Positions 38,682 to 49,922 of a stretch of DNA of 64,000 bases are shown here, one piece after another. Both the position numbers and the translations under genes were made by a program. Position 1 is the first letter of the stretch; every line of letters starts with the position of its first letter. The notes under the pieces are model-generated. The model did no database searches and was not told where the DNA came from. It saw nothing but the letters and a program-made list of their open reading frames with translations. Location: contig JBIJDH010000001.1 in the NCBI GenBank assembly GCA_044344255.1, positions 192,001 through 256,000 on the forward strand. Direction: 5' to 3'. This DNA is from Myxococcota bacterium (GTDB lineage Bacteria; Myxococcota_A; UBA796; UBA2385).

Positions 38682-39923
38682 ATGCACCACAGCCACCTCG
38701 AAGCCGTCCTGCTCGCCCAAGGCGACGAGCTCACCACTGGCCAGACGGTCGACACCAACTCCAACTGGCTGGCCGGCCGCCTCTGGGCCCTCGGCATCCC
38801 CGTCCGCCGGGTCATCACCGCGCCCGACCGGATGGAAGACCTCGTCGAGATCCTGGCGCAGGCCGCGGCGCTCGCCCCCATCGTGCTCTGCACAGGCGGC
38901 CTCGGCCCCACCCGCGACGACCTCACCGCCGAGGCCGCCTCCCTCGCCTTCGCGCGCCCGCTCGGCGTCAACCCAGAGGCCCGAGCCCAGGTGGAGGTCA
39001 CCTTCAGCAAGTGGGGGCGGGTGCTGAACGAGGCCAACCAGAAGCAGGCCGTGCTGCCGGAGGGGGCCCGGGTGCTCGAGAACCGCTGGGGGACGGCCCC
39101 CGGCTTCGCCATCGATCTCCCGGCCTCGACGCTCTACTTCATGCCCGGCGTCCCCCGCGAGATGAAGCCGATGTTCGAGACCTGGGTGGAGCCTGACCTC
39201 CGGGCCCGCCACGACATCGCCCCCCCCGTGCTGCACATCATCCGCACCATCGGCCTCCCCGAGTCCGAGCTCGAGATGCGCCTGCGCGGCCTCGACGTGC
39301 CGGGCCTCACCATCGGCTTCCGCACCGCGCTGCCCGAGAACCAGGCGAAGCTGCTCTTCCGGAGCGAGGTGAGCGCCGGCGACCGCGCGGCCGCGCTCGA
39401 GGAGGCCCTGCGGCGCCTCGGCTCCCGCGCCTTCGGGGTCGACTGCGGCGATCTCGCCGAGGTCGTGGGCGAGGCCCTCGTCTCCCGCGGCGAGACCCTC
39501 GCCCTCGCCGAGAGCTGCACCGCTGGCCGCCTCGCCGCCTGGGTGGGCTCCATCGCCGGGGCCAGCCGCTACCTCCTCGAGGGGTCGGTGGTCTACAGCA
39601 ACGCCGCCAAGACCCGCAGCGCCGGGGTCGATCCCGCGCTCATCGCTGAGCATGGGGCCGTGAGCGAGCCCGTCGCCCGCGCCCTCGCCGAGGGCATCCG
39701 CGCCCGCGCGGGGGCCACCTGGGGCATCGGCATCACCGGCATCGCCGGACCGGATGGCGGCACCCCCGAGAAGCCTGTGGGGACCCTGCATGTCGCGGTG
39801 GCGGGCCCCGGTGGCACGGAGCACCGCGCCCTCGCCCTCTACGGCGACCGCGACCGAATCACCGCCTCCGCCGCGGCCAACGCGCTCTTCCTGCTCTTCA
39901 GCCTCATTCGTGTCCCGCGCTGA
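38682..39923 (+). CDS. cinA: CinA family protein (MoCF-like domain + PncC NMN deamidase)
   Basis: GGLGPTRDDLT, AESCTAG, GAVS and GIAGP motifs. Confidence 0.93.
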   Translation: MHHSHLEAVLLAQGDELTTGQTVDTNSNWLAGRLWALGIPVRRVITAPDRMEDLVEILAQAAALAPIVLCTGGLGPTRDDLTAEAASLAFARPLGVNPEARAQVEVTFSKWGRVLNEANQKQAVLPEGARVLENRWGTAPGFAIDLPASTLYFMPGVPREMKPMFETWVEPDLRARHDIAPPVLHIIRTIGLPESELEMRLRGLDVPGLTIGFRTALPENQAKLLFRSEVSAGDRAAALEEALRRLGSRAFGVDCGDLAEVVGEALVSRGETLALAESCTAGRLAAWVGSIAGASRYLLEGSVVYSNAAKTRSAGVDPALIAEHGAVSEPVARALAEGIRARAGATWGIGITGIAGPDGGTPEKPVGTLHVAVAGPGGTEHRALALYGDRDRITASAAANALFLLFSLIRVPR

Positions 39924-39932
39924 GGCCACCCC

Positions 39933-41162
39933 ATGGACTTCCGCCCCTCCCCCCGCACCGCCGCCCTCCAGCCCCGCCTCCGCGCCTTCGTGCAGGAGCG
40001 CGTGCTCCCCGTCGAGGAGGCCCTCCTCCGCGGCCAGCGCGCGGCCGACCACGGCGGCGACTGGACCCGCTGGGCCCTCCACCCCGAGGTCGAGGCGCTC
40101 AAGGCCGAGGCCCGCGCCCAGGGGCTCTGGAACCTCTTCCTCCCCGACGCGGCCCTCGGCGGCGGCCTCTCCACCCTCGAGTACGCCCCCCTCGCCGAGG
40201 AGATGGGCCACAGCTTCTTCGCCCCCGAGGTGATGAACTGCAACGCCCCCGACACGGGCAACATCGAGGTGCTCTACCACTTCGGGAGCGAGGCCCAGAA
40301 GGCGCGCTGGCTCGGCCCCCTGCTCGACGGCCAGCTCCGCTCCGCCTTCTGCATGACCGAGCCCGACGTCGCCTCGTCGGACGCCACCAACATGCGCGCC
40401 ACCGCCCGCCTGGAGGGCGACGAGGTGGTGCTCGACGGTCGAAAGGCCTGGTCGACCGGCATCGGCCACCCCCGCTGTGAGCTGCTGCTGTTCATGGGCG
40501 TGACCGACCCCGCCGCCGACCGCCACCACCGCCACAGCATCGTGCTCGTGCCACGGGACAGCCCCGGGGTGCGCATCGAGCGGATGCTCCCCGTCTTCGG
40601 GAGCTGGGACGCACCCTACGGACACGGTGAGGTCAGCTTCTCCGGCGTGCGCCTCCCGGCGAGCCACATCGTCGGCGGGCCGGGGCAGGGCTTCCTCATC
40701 GCTCAGGGGCGGCTCGGGCCCGGCCGCATCCACCACTGCATGCGCTGCATCGGCGCCGCAGAGCGGGCGCTCGGGCTGCTCATCCGGCGGGGCCTGTCGC
40801 GGGAGGCCTTCGGAAAGCCCCTGCTCCAGCTCGGCGGCAACCGGGAGCGGGTGGCCGAGCACCGCATCGCCATTGACCAGGCGCGCCTGCTCACCCTCTT
40901 CGCGGCCTGGAAGCTCGATGAGGGGGGGGCGATGGCCGCCCTCGCCGAGATCTCGGCGATCAAGGTGGTCGCGCCGAACGTGCTCCAGTCGGTCGTAGAC
41001 GACGCCATCCAGATCCACGGCGCCGCCGGCCTCTCCGACGACACAGCCCTCCCCGCCCTCTTCGCCCTGGCCCGCGCGCTGCGCATCGCCGACGGCCCCG
41101 ACGCCGTCCACCGCGGCCTCATCGCCAAGCTGGAGCTCGCCAAGCACCGCGGTGCGCGGTGA
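39933..41162 (+). CDS. Acyl-CoA dehydrogenase (ACAD10/11-like)
   Basis: NCNAPDTGN, MTEPDVASSDATN and RLGPGRIHHCMR motifs. Confidence 0.93.
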   Translation: MDFRPSPRTAALQPRLRAFVQERVLPVEEALLRGQRAADHGGDWTRWALHPEVEALKAEARAQGLWNLFLPDAALGGGLSTLEYAPLAEEMGHSFFAPEVMNCNAPDTGNIEVLYHFGSEAQKARWLGPLLDGQLRSAFCMTEPDVASSDATNMRATARLEGDEVVLDGRKAWSTGIGHPRCELLLFMGVTDPAADRHHRHSIVLVPRDSPGVRIERMLPVFGSWDAPYGHGEVSFSGVRLPASHIVGGPGQGFLIAQGRLGPGRIHHCMRCIGAAERALGLLIRRGLSREAFGKPLLQLGGNRERVAEHRIAIDQARLLTLFAAWKLDEGGAMAALAEISAIKVVAPNVLQSVVDDAIQIHGAAGLSDDTALPALFALARALRIADGPDAVHRGLIAKLELAKHRGAR

Positions 41163-42280
41163 AGATCCCGATGGTCGACCTCGCCGCCCAGGTGGCCGAG
41201 CTCCAGCCCGCGCTCGACCTGGCCCTCTCGCGGGTGCTCCGCGGCGGCGCCTTCATCCTCGGCCCCGAGGTCCGCGCCTTCGAGATCGAGGCCGCCGCCT
41301 ACCTGGGGGTGGGCTTCACCACCGGCTGCGCGTCCGGGACCGACGCCCTCCACCTCGCCCTGCGCGCGGCGGGCGTGGGCCCGGGCGACGAGGTCATCAC
41401 CACCCCCTTCTCCTTCATCGCCACCGCCGAGGCCATCGTCTACACCGGCGCGCGGCCGGTCTTCGTCGACATCGACCCCGCCACCTTCAACATCACGACG
41501 GAGGCCGTGGCCGCCGCGCTCAGCCCGCGCACCCGGGCCATCCTGCCCGTCCACCTCTTCGGGCAGCCCGCCGACGCCCAGGCGATGCGCGATCTCGCCG
41601 ACCACCACGGCATCTTCCTCATCGAAGACGCCGCCCAGGCCTTCGGCGCCGAGCTCCACAGCCGCGCAGGGCCCGACGCTCCGGGCGCGCGAAAGGTGGG
41701 CAGCTTCGGTCACCTCGCCTGCTTCTCGCTGTACCCGAGCAAGAACCTCGGCGCCTTCGGAGACGGCGGGCTCGTGGCGACGAGTGACCCTGCCCTGCAC
41801 GCGCGGCTCCGCCTCTTCCGCGAGCACGGTCACGAGGGCGGCTACCGCCACACGGTCATCGGGTACAACAGCCGGCTGGACGAGCTCCAGGCCGCCGTCC
41901 TCCGCCTCAAGCTCCCGCGGCTCGACGGGTGGAACGAGCGCCGCCGACAGGCCGCCGCTCGGTACGACGCCGGGCTGCGCGCGCTCGGAGCGCCCCCGCC
42001 GCCCGTCGCGCCCGGGCGGCGCCACGTCTACCATCAGTACACACTTCGGAGCCGAGACCGGGATCGCTTGCGCGCGGCGCTGGCCGCGGAGGGCATCGCC
42101 TCGGCGGTCTACTACCCGATCCCGATCCACCGCCAGGCCTCCTTCGCCGCGCACGGCGACGGTTGTCACCTCCCCGAGGCCGAGCGGGCGGCGGCCGAGG
42201 TCCTCTCCCTCCCGATTCACCCCCACCTGGAGCCCGCCGACCAGGACCGGGTCATCGCCGCCCTGGCCGCGGCGCATTAG
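41159..42280 (+). CDS. DegT/DnrJ family sugar aminotransferase
   Basis: SGTDAL, IEDAAQ, SLYPSKNLG and NSRLDELQA motifs. Confidence 0.93.
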   Translation: MKIPMVDLAAQVAELQPALDLALSRVLRGGAFILGPEVRAFEIEAAAYLGVGFTTGCASGTDALHLALRAAGVGPGDEVITTPFSFIATAEAIVYTGARPVFVDIDPATFNITTEAVAAALSPRTRAILPVHLFGQPADAQAMRDLADHHGIFLIEDAAQAFGAELHSRAGPDAPGARKVGSFGHLACFSLYPSKNLGAFGDGGLVATSDPALHARLRLFREHGHEGGYRHTVIGYNSRLDELQAAVLRLKLPRLDGWNERRRQAAARYDAGLRALGAPPPPVAPGRRHVYHQYTLRSRDRDRLRAALAAEGIASAVYYPIPIHRQASFAAHGDGCHLPEAERAAAEVLSLPIHPHLEPADQDRVIAALAAAH

Positions 42281-42300
42281 CCGCCGACCTTGGAGCCTCC

Positions 42301-43512
<1,212 letters not shown>

Positions 43513-43668
43513 GCCGCTTGGCGCGGCGCCCCGGGGTCGCGTCGACTGCGTGTCTTTCTCGGCAACTCGGAGGCGCCCCCCTCCAGGCCCCGGGCCTCCC
43601 GCGTTAGCGCCCCGCACCGCGCGAACAGCGCCTGCATCGCGCCTGACGCGCCCGCCCCCGGAGACTCC

Positions 43669-45276
43669 TTGCCCTTCCCCGCCTCCCATCCCGCCCTGCT
43701 CCGCGCCCTCACCGAGCGGGGCTATGCCGAGCCCACGCAGGTGCAGGCCGCCGTCCTCAACGTCGAGGCCGAAGGGCGCGATCTGCTCGTCTCTGCGCTC
43801 ACCGGCTCCGGCAAGACCGTCGCCTTCGGCCTCGTGCTGGCCCGTGAGCTGCTCGGCGAGACCCCCACCTTCGAGCGGGTGCCTGCGCCCCTCGCCCTCG
43901 TCGTCGCGCCCACCCGCGAGCTCGCCCTGCAGGTCCACCGCGAGCTCGAGTGGCTCTACGCCTTCACCGGGGCGCGGGTCGCCTCCTGCGTCGGCGGGAT
44001 GGACCCCGCCCGCGAGCGGCGCGCCCTGGCCCAGGGGGCCCACATCGTCGTCGGCACCCCGGGGCGCCTCCGCGATCACCTCGAGCGCGGAGCCCTCGAC
44101 CTCGGCGACATCAAGGCGGTCGTGCTCGACGAGGCCGACGAGATGCTCGACCTCGGCTTCCGCGAGGAGCTCGAGACCCTGCTCAAGGCCACGCCCCCCG
44201 ATCGCCGCACCCTGATGTTCTCGGCCACCGTGCCCGCCGGCATCCAGGAGCTCGCCGGCTCCTACCAGGTCGACGCGCTGCGCGTCTCCACCGACGCCGA
44301 GGCCGAGGCCCACCCCGACATCGAGTACCGCGCCGTCCTCGTCGCCCCGGCCGAGCGGGAGCACGCGGTCGTCAACATCCTCCGCTTCCTCGACCCCGGC
44401 AGCGCCCTCGTCTTCTGCATGACCCGCGAGGGGGTCTCCCACCTCCAGGCCAACCTCCAGGAGCGCGGCTTCCGCTGTGTGGCCCTCTCGGGCGAGCTCA
44501 GCCAGGCCGAGCGCAACCGGGCGCTCCAGGCCCTGCGCGACGGCCACGCCCAGGTCTGCGTCGCCACCGACGTCGCCGCCCGCGGCCTCGATCTGCGCGA
44601 CCTCGGCGTCGTCATCCACGCCGACATCCCGCGTGACGCCGCCACCCTGATGCACCGGAGCGGCCGCACGGGGCGCGCCGGGCGTAAGGGCGTAGCGGTG
44701 CTCATCGTGCCCTTCTTCCGCCGCCGCATCGCCGAGCGCCTCTGCTACGACGCGGGCGTGGAGCCCTTCTGGTCCCCGCCGCCCACCGCCGAGGCCGTCC
44801 GCGCGCTCGACCACGACCGCCTCGTGGCCAAGCTCAAGGAGCTCACCGCCGAGGTCGCCGAAGAGGACCGCGCGGTCGCCAAGTCCCTGCTCGAGACCGG
44901 TGAGGCCGAGGCCTACGTCGGCGCGCTGGTCGCCCGGCTGCGCGCCACCATGCCCTCCCCCGAGGAGATCGTCTCCAGCGTCGAGCGCCCCCGCCCGCGG
45001 GAGACGCCGCCGCCCCGCCCGGTGAGCCATCGCCGGGACGCCGAGCCCGTGTGGTTCCGCCTCAACGCGGGTCGCGCCCAGAACGCCGACCCCCGCTGGA
45101 TCGTGCCCCTGCTCTGCCGCCGTGGGCGCATCACCAAGCAGGACATCGGCAAGATCCTGATCTACGAGCGGGAGACCTGCTTCGCCATCCACGCCTCGGT
45201 GGCCTATGAGTTCGGGGAGTCGGCCTGCCGGCCGGACCGCGCCGATCCCCACCTCCGCATCCACCCCGTTCGTTAG
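43669..45276 (+). CDS. DEAD-box RNA helicase with DbpA-type RNA-binding domain
   Basis: TGSGKT, PTRELA, DEAD, SAT and HRSGRTGRAG motifs. Confidence 0.95.
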   Translation: MPFPASHPALLRALTERGYAEPTQVQAAVLNVEAEGRDLLVSALTGSGKTVAFGLVLARELLGETPTFERVPAPLALVVAPTRELALQVHRELEWLYAFTGARVASCVGGMDPARERRALAQGAHIVVGTPGRLRDHLERGALDLGDIKAVVLDEADEMLDLGFREELETLLKATPPDRRTLMFSATVPAGIQELAGSYQVDALRVSTDAEAEAHPDIEYRAVLVAPAEREHAVVNILRFLDPGSALVFCMTREGVSHLQANLQERGFRCVALSGELSQAERNRALQALRDGHAQVCVATDVAARGLDLRDLGVVIHADIPRDAATLMHRSGRTGRAGRKGVAVLIVPFFRRRIAERLCYDAGVEPFWSPPPTAEAVRALDHDRLVAKLKELTAEVAEEDRAVAKSLLETGEAEAYVGALVARLRATMPSPEEIVSSVERPRPRETPPPRPVSHRRDAEPVWFRLNAGRAQNADPRWIVPLLCRRGRITKQDIGKILIYERETCFAIHASVAYEFGESACRPDRADPHLRIHPVR

Positions 45277-45315
45277 CCGGCTCGGGCCTCGCCGCCCCAC
45301 CCGCCTCGGAGCCCC

Positions 45316-45699
45316 ATGAACACCGAAGCCCTCTGGGCCCAGTTTCGCCGCCTCGTGCTCGGCACCGTGGTGGAGCTCTTCGTCGCGGAGAAGCTCCCGA
45401 TCGACGTCGGCACGCTGTCGATCCAATTCGACACCGACAGCCGCTTCGAGGTGCCCCGCTTCAACAACTACATGCGCTTCAAGGGCGAGGTGAAGGGGGC
45501 GCTCCTCCACCGGCCCGACGAGGCCGTGCTCCGCCGCCTCGAGGCCTCGCTGCGCCGCGTGTGGCCCGAGCTCCTCACGGTGGTCGACATCCCGATCGGC
45601 GACAAGCTCACCGTCGAGAACGCGCTGGTGAGCGTCAGCATCGACGACAGCACCGCGACCCCGATCCTCCGCCTCCGCTTCGACCTCTCCGCCGACTGA
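45316..45699 (+). CDS. Hypothetical protein, 127 aa
   Basis: GGAG RBS; typical codon usage and composition. Confidence 0.7.
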   Translation: MNTEALWAQFRRLVLGTVVELFVAEKLPIDVGTLSIQFDTDSRFEVPRFNNYMRFKGEVKGALLHRPDEAVLRRLEASLRRVWPELLTVVDIPIGDKLTVENALVSVSIDDSTATPILRLRFDLSAD

Positions 45700-45713
45700 G
45701 CGCTCGGCCGGGC

Positions 45714-48098
45714 TCAGCGCGCGCTGGCGAGCGAGGAGAGGGCGCGAAAGCCCGCCCGCACATCCTCCTCCGTGCGCGGGCGGCCGTGACGCCGCAGGTC
45801 TCGGCTCCGGAGGGCCTCGAAGCGGGAGAGCACGAAGCAGAGCTCCGCCTCGTCGAGCCCGTAGAGGTGGAAGAAGGCGGCGTCGAGCTCCACCTGCAAG
45901 CGCCACCGCCGCTCGGCCTCCCAGCGGAAGGGCGGCCCGTCGTAGCCGAGGTCGTTCGCGAAGTGGCGGAGGGCCTCGCTCGTGTAGACGAGCTCGAGCA
46001 CGCGCGGGCGCAGCCACTCCGCCACCGACTCGCCCGGAGACCAGGGGCAGGGCCCGAGGTAGGCGCTCGGCGGCAGCACGGGGAGCTGGCGGAGCACAAA
46101 GAGCTTGAGGCTCGTCGCGCCCACCTTCTGGCGCACGAAATAATCCAAGATCAACGACGACAGGTTGGCGACCAGCGCCCACACGGGCCCCTCGCTCGGG
46201 AGCAGCACGGGCAGCTTGTCGTTGACCGCCGCCCGCGGGAAGACGGCGGCGATGAGGGTGCGGGAGTCCGTGGCCCGGCAGACGTCCCGCCAGCCGAGCA
46301 GCCAGCCGCGCGCCCAGCGCCCCGACAGGCGGCGCTCCACGTCGGCCTCGGCCACCCAGTAGCGCGGCAGCACGACATGGTGCGGGTCCTGGCGCTCGGC
46401 TTCGCTCGGCGAGGGCAACGTGCTCCCCTGCGCGCCGGCGAAGGAGCCCGAGCGGTGGTCGAAGAGGTGCACCATCTTCGCCTCGATCAACGGCAGGTAG
46501 CGACCCGCCCCCTCGGGCCCCGCCACGAAGCGGTCCCCCTGCAGCGCCCACCCCCGCTCCCGGAGCTCGACGGCGGTGGAGAAGCGGTGTGCGTCGTTGG
46601 CCATGTGGAACATGGAGAGGGTGCGGATGCCCCAGGGCCCCCCCGCTGCATTCGATTCGTCCGACGTACGTAACAATATACCGTAACGCCGATAAATTCG
46701 GATCGACAGCTCCGCGTCAGCTTGTGACCGGAGGATGCTGAGCGTGCCGGTGTTGGGGTTCATCTCCCCGAGCGCGCCGAGGGGGAGGCGGACCCGCACC
46801 GAGGGGTCCCACAGCCCCTGGAGGTCGCGGAGGAAGAAGGCCATCTCCACGGGGGCCTCTCCGCCCCGACGGTCCAGGCTGAGCAAGCAGAAGCGGAAGC
46901 TCCGGTGCACCGCCGGGAAGAAGGGGGCGTGGTTCTCGAGGTCAAAGAAGGCGCGGAGCTCTCCGCGACGCACGAGCCCGGCGAAGAGGGGCCGGGTGGT
47001 CTCATCGGTGGCGATGCCCGAAGGGAGGATCCAGCCGGCCCGACCGCCGGGGTGGAGCAGCGCCTGGCCGAGCTCGGTGAAGAGGGGGTAGCCGTTCGGG
47101 TCGCCGCGGCCAGACAGGGGGTACCGCCCGGAGCGCAATACGAACTGGACCTCGGCCTGGGCGAGGGCCTGGGCCCGCCGCCAGCGCGCCGCCAGCGCGG
47201 GAGCCTCCACGTCCAGGGCCCGGATGGCCGCCGCCCTCGCGGCGGCGTGCGGCGACAGGGCCACCGCCGGGGCCCGCAGCGCGAACCACTCCTGCTCTTG
47301 GAGCTTGAGCCGCTCCCAAGGCGGGTTGCCGATCACCAGATCGAAGCCACCGGCCGCTGACACCACCGGGAAGCGCGACCACCAGTGGATCGGCGGCGCC
47401 GACAGCTCACCGAGCGGGACCCGAAGCCGGCTCGCGCACCACCGATCGGCGTCCCCCGCCTCCACCCCATGCGGCGCCCCGATCAGGGCATCTCCCCAGG
47501 CGATGTGCGCCTCCAGCGCAAGAGCGGAGCCCCCAAGCCCCCGCAGCGAAGCCCTACAGAGGGCGACCGCGACGGGATCCCGATCGACCCCGAACAGGGC
47601 GGTGGAGGCCACCGCGGCGAGGTTGTCCACCTCCGCCCCCGGCAGCCGTCGCGCCACGCGTCGCGCCGCCGCCACCAGGAAGGCCCCGGCGCCACATGAT
47701 GGATCAACAAGGTGTAACGCTCGTAACCCAGACTCATCCAAGGAGTCGAGAAGCGGCTCCAGCACGAGGTCGAGCAGGGCCTCCACCAGCGCCGGCGGGG
47801 TGTAGAAGGCCCCCGCCCGCTTACGCGCCGAGCCCCGCGGCGAGACCCGCGTCCAGCCCCCCGTCAGCGGGTCCCAGGCCAGCCCCTCCCCAAGGAGCCG
47901 CCCGTAGGCCAGCGCGAGCCTCGGCAGTTCGCCCGACAGGTCGGCGCCCTCGGTGACCTCCAGTCGAGCCAGGAGCGCTCGCTGGAGGAGGCGGCCATGG
48001 AGCTCGACCGGGTCGACCTCCGGCCCATGCCCCTCGGCCGCCGCCGACCCGAGGACCGCGGCGCCGAGCTCCGCGACGAGGGCGTCCCCCTCGCTCAC
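45714..48098 (-). CDS. N6-adenine DNA methyltransferase (Eco57I/type IIG-like) without an evident nuclease domain
   Basis: GAFYTP, DPSCGAGAFL and GNPPW motifs; C-terminal TRD-like region; GTG start overlaps the argS stop. Confidence 0.85.
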   Translation of the reverse strand: MSEGDALVAELGAAVLGSAAAEGHGPEVDPVELHGRLLQRALLARLEVTEGADLSGELPRLALAYGRLLGEGLAWDPLTGGWTRVSPRGSARKRAGAFYTPPALVEALLDLVLEPLLDSLDESGLRALHLVDPSCGAGAFLVAAARRVARRLPGAEVDNLAAVASTALFGVDRDPVAVALCRASLRGLGGSALALEAHIAWGDALIGAPHGVEAGDADRWCASRLRVPLGELSAPPIHWWSRFPVVSAAGGFDLVIGNPPWERLKLQEQEWFALRAPAVALSPHAAARAAAIRALDVEAPALAARWRRAQALAQAEVQFVLRSGRYPLSGRGDPNGYPLFTELGQALLHPGGRAGWILPSGIATDETTRPLFAGLVRRGELRAFFDLENHAPFFPAVHRSFRFCLLSLDRRGGEAPVEMAFFLRDLQGLWDPSVRVRLPLGALGEMNPNTGTLSILRSQADAELSIRIYRRYGILLRTSDESNAAGGPWGIRTLSMFHMANDAHRFSTAVELRERGWALQGDRFVAGPEGAGRYLPLIEAKMVHLFDHRSGSFAGAQGSTLPSPSEAERQDPHHVVLPRYWVAEADVERRLSGRWARGWLLGWRDVCRATDSRTLIAAVFPRAAVNDKLPVLLPSEGPVWALVANLSSLILDYFVRQKVGATSLKLFVLRQLPVLPPSAYLGPCPWSPGESVAEWLRPRVLELVYTSEALRHFANDLGYDGPPFRWEAERRWRLQVELDAAFFHLYGLDEAELCFVLSRFEALRSRDLRRHGRPRTEEDVRAGFRALSSLASAR

Positions 48099-49900
48099 AT
48101 CTCGGTCAGCGTGGCCACGCCGAGCAGGTCGAGCCCGGCGCCGAGCACGCGCCGGGTGGCCATCACGAGGGCCAGCCGGGCCGCCCCGGTCCCGGGGGCC
48201 GCGCCGATCACCCGACCCTCCGGGGCCGCGTAGAAGCTGGCGAAGCTCTTCGAGAGCTCGTACACCGCGCGGGCCAGCATGCTGGGGTCGAGGTCGGTCG
48301 CGCCCTTTCGAACGAGGCTCGGGAAGTTGAGCAGCGCGGCGATGAGGCGCCGGGCGTGCGGCTCGTCGAGGGAGCCCCAGTCCGGCGACACGCCCGCCAG
48401 GCTGTCTCCCGCCTTCTCGATGATGTTCTCGGCGCGGGCCCAGGCGTACTGGCAATAGGGGCCCGTGTCTCCCTCGAAGGAGATGCTCGTCTCCTTCTCG
48501 AAGACGAAGGTCCGCTCGGGGCTGAAGCGCATCAGGTAATACTTGAGTCCGGCGAGGCCGATCTTCTCGGCCCGGTCGGCCTGCTCGGCAGCCGGCACCG
48601 CCGCCCAGCGGACCTCCTGGTTCTGGGCGAGCACGGCGTCCCGCAGCTCGTCCATGAGGTCATCGGCGTCGACCACCGTGCCCTCGCGGGACTTCATGCG
48701 GCCGGTCGGTAGCTCGACCATCCCATAGCTGCGGTGAACGAGCTGTCCCTTCAAGTGCGGCCGCAGCTCGCCGATGATCCCGAACAGCACACGAAAGTAG
48801 TGCTCCTGCTCGTTGCCGACGACGTAGACCATCCGTGTGGGGTGGACGGACTCGTCGCGGGAGAGCGCGGTGCCGAGGTCTTGCGTGATGTAGAGCGCGG
48901 TGCCGTCCGCGCGCAGCACGGCCTTCTCGCCCTCGAGGCCGATACGGCGGAGGTCGAAGACCACCGCGCCGTTCTCGGCCCGCCCGAAGACCCCGCGCTC
49001 GAGCCCCTCGGCCACGAGGGCGCGGCCCTTCTGCCAGATCTCGCTCTCTCGCTGGATGTGGTCGAAGCGGATCCCCATGCGGGCGTAGGTCTCGAAGAAG
49101 CCGACCTCGACCCACCCGTTCATCATCCGCCAGAGGCTGAGCACGGCCTCGTCACCGCGCTCCCAGGCGACGAGCATCTCCGCCGCCTCACGGCCGAGGC
49201 CGCTCCCCTGGTTGAACCAGACCTCCACCTCGGGGCCGCCGCCCGCCGGGAAGGCCGCGGCGTACTCGGCGCGCAGGGCCTGGTCAAAGGCGACGTAGAG
49301 GTCGCCCACGAAGTGGTCGCCCTTCTGGCCCTTGGAGGCCGGGGTGGCGCCCTCAGCGAAACGACGCCAGGCGACCATCGACTTGCAGATGTGAATCCCA
49401 CGGTCGTTGATCAGGTTGAAACGACTGACCTCGGCGCCGGCCGCGGTGAGGAGGTTGGCGGTCACCTGGCCGAGCACGTTGTTTCGGCAGTGGCCGAGGT
49501 GCTGCGGCTTGTTGGTGTTGGGCGAGCTGTACTCGATGAGCACGCGCTGGCCCGCCAGGGCCTGGGAGCGCCCGAGGGCGCCGTCGTCGGAGAGGGCCCA
49601 GCGCACCGTCCGCTCCGCCAGAGCCGCGGGCGAGAAGGTGAGGTTGAGGAAGCCGCTCTTGACCTCCGCCGCGGAAACAAGCGGGTGCTGGCGGGCCACC
49701 TCGGCGAGCATCGTGGCGATGGCGTCGGGGGCCTTCCGCAGCGCCTTGGCGTAGCGGTGGGTGGAGAGCGAGAGGTCTCCCGCGCCCGCGAGCGTGGGCG
49801 GAGCGAGCTGCGGCGGCTCGACGGCCCCGGCGACGCGCAAGGCCTCGCCGAGCAAGGCGCCCACCTCTTCGGTCAGGCTGGCGAGCAGATCAAGAGACAT
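48095..49900 (-). CDS. argS: Arginine--tRNA ligase
   Basis: EYSSPNTNKPQHLGH, NDRGIHICKSM, MKSREG and GDTGPYCQY motifs. Confidence 0.96.
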   Translation of the reverse strand: MSLDLLASLTEEVGALLGEALRVAGAVEPPQLAPPTLAGAGDLSLSTHRYAKALRKAPDAIATMLAEVARQHPLVSAAEVKSGFLNLTFSPAALAERTVRWALSDDGALGRSQALAGQRVLIEYSSPNTNKPQHLGHCRNNVLGQVTANLLTAAGAEVSRFNLINDRGIHICKSMVAWRRFAEGATPASKGQKGDHFVGDLYVAFDQALRAEYAAAFPAGGGPEVEVWFNQGSGLGREAAEMLVAWERGDEAVLSLWRMMNGWVEVGFFETYARMGIRFDHIQRESEIWQKGRALVAEGLERGVFGRAENGAVVFDLRRIGLEGEKAVLRADGTALYITQDLGTALSRDESVHPTRMVYVVGNEQEHYFRVLFGIIGELRPHLKGQLVHRSYGMVELPTGRMKSREGTVVDADDLMDELRDAVLAQNQEVRWAAVPAAEQADRAEKIGLAGLKYYLMRFSPERTFVFEKETSISFEGDTGPYCQYAWARAENIIEKAGDSLAGVSPDWGSLDEPHARRLIAALLNFPSLVRKGATDLDPSMLARAVYELSKSFASFYAAPEGRVIGAAPGTGAARLALVMATRRVLGAGLDLLGVATLTEM

Positions 49901-49922
49901 GACAATCCACAGACATGCACAC

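Noticed and set aside
38622..41147. 841-aa minus-strand ORF (likewise 31085-33079, 34353-36587 and 54906-56807)
   Set aside because: Antisense shadows of well-supported plus-strand genes.
43669..48098. Helicase + methyltransferase as a DISARM/BREX-type defence system
   Set aside because: The helicase is a housekeeping DEAD-box RNA helicase on the opposite strand, and no other defence components are present.
48099..48455. N-terminal extension of the methyltransferase ORF
   Set aside because: Off-frame overlap with argS; the coupled GTG at 48098 is more plausible.
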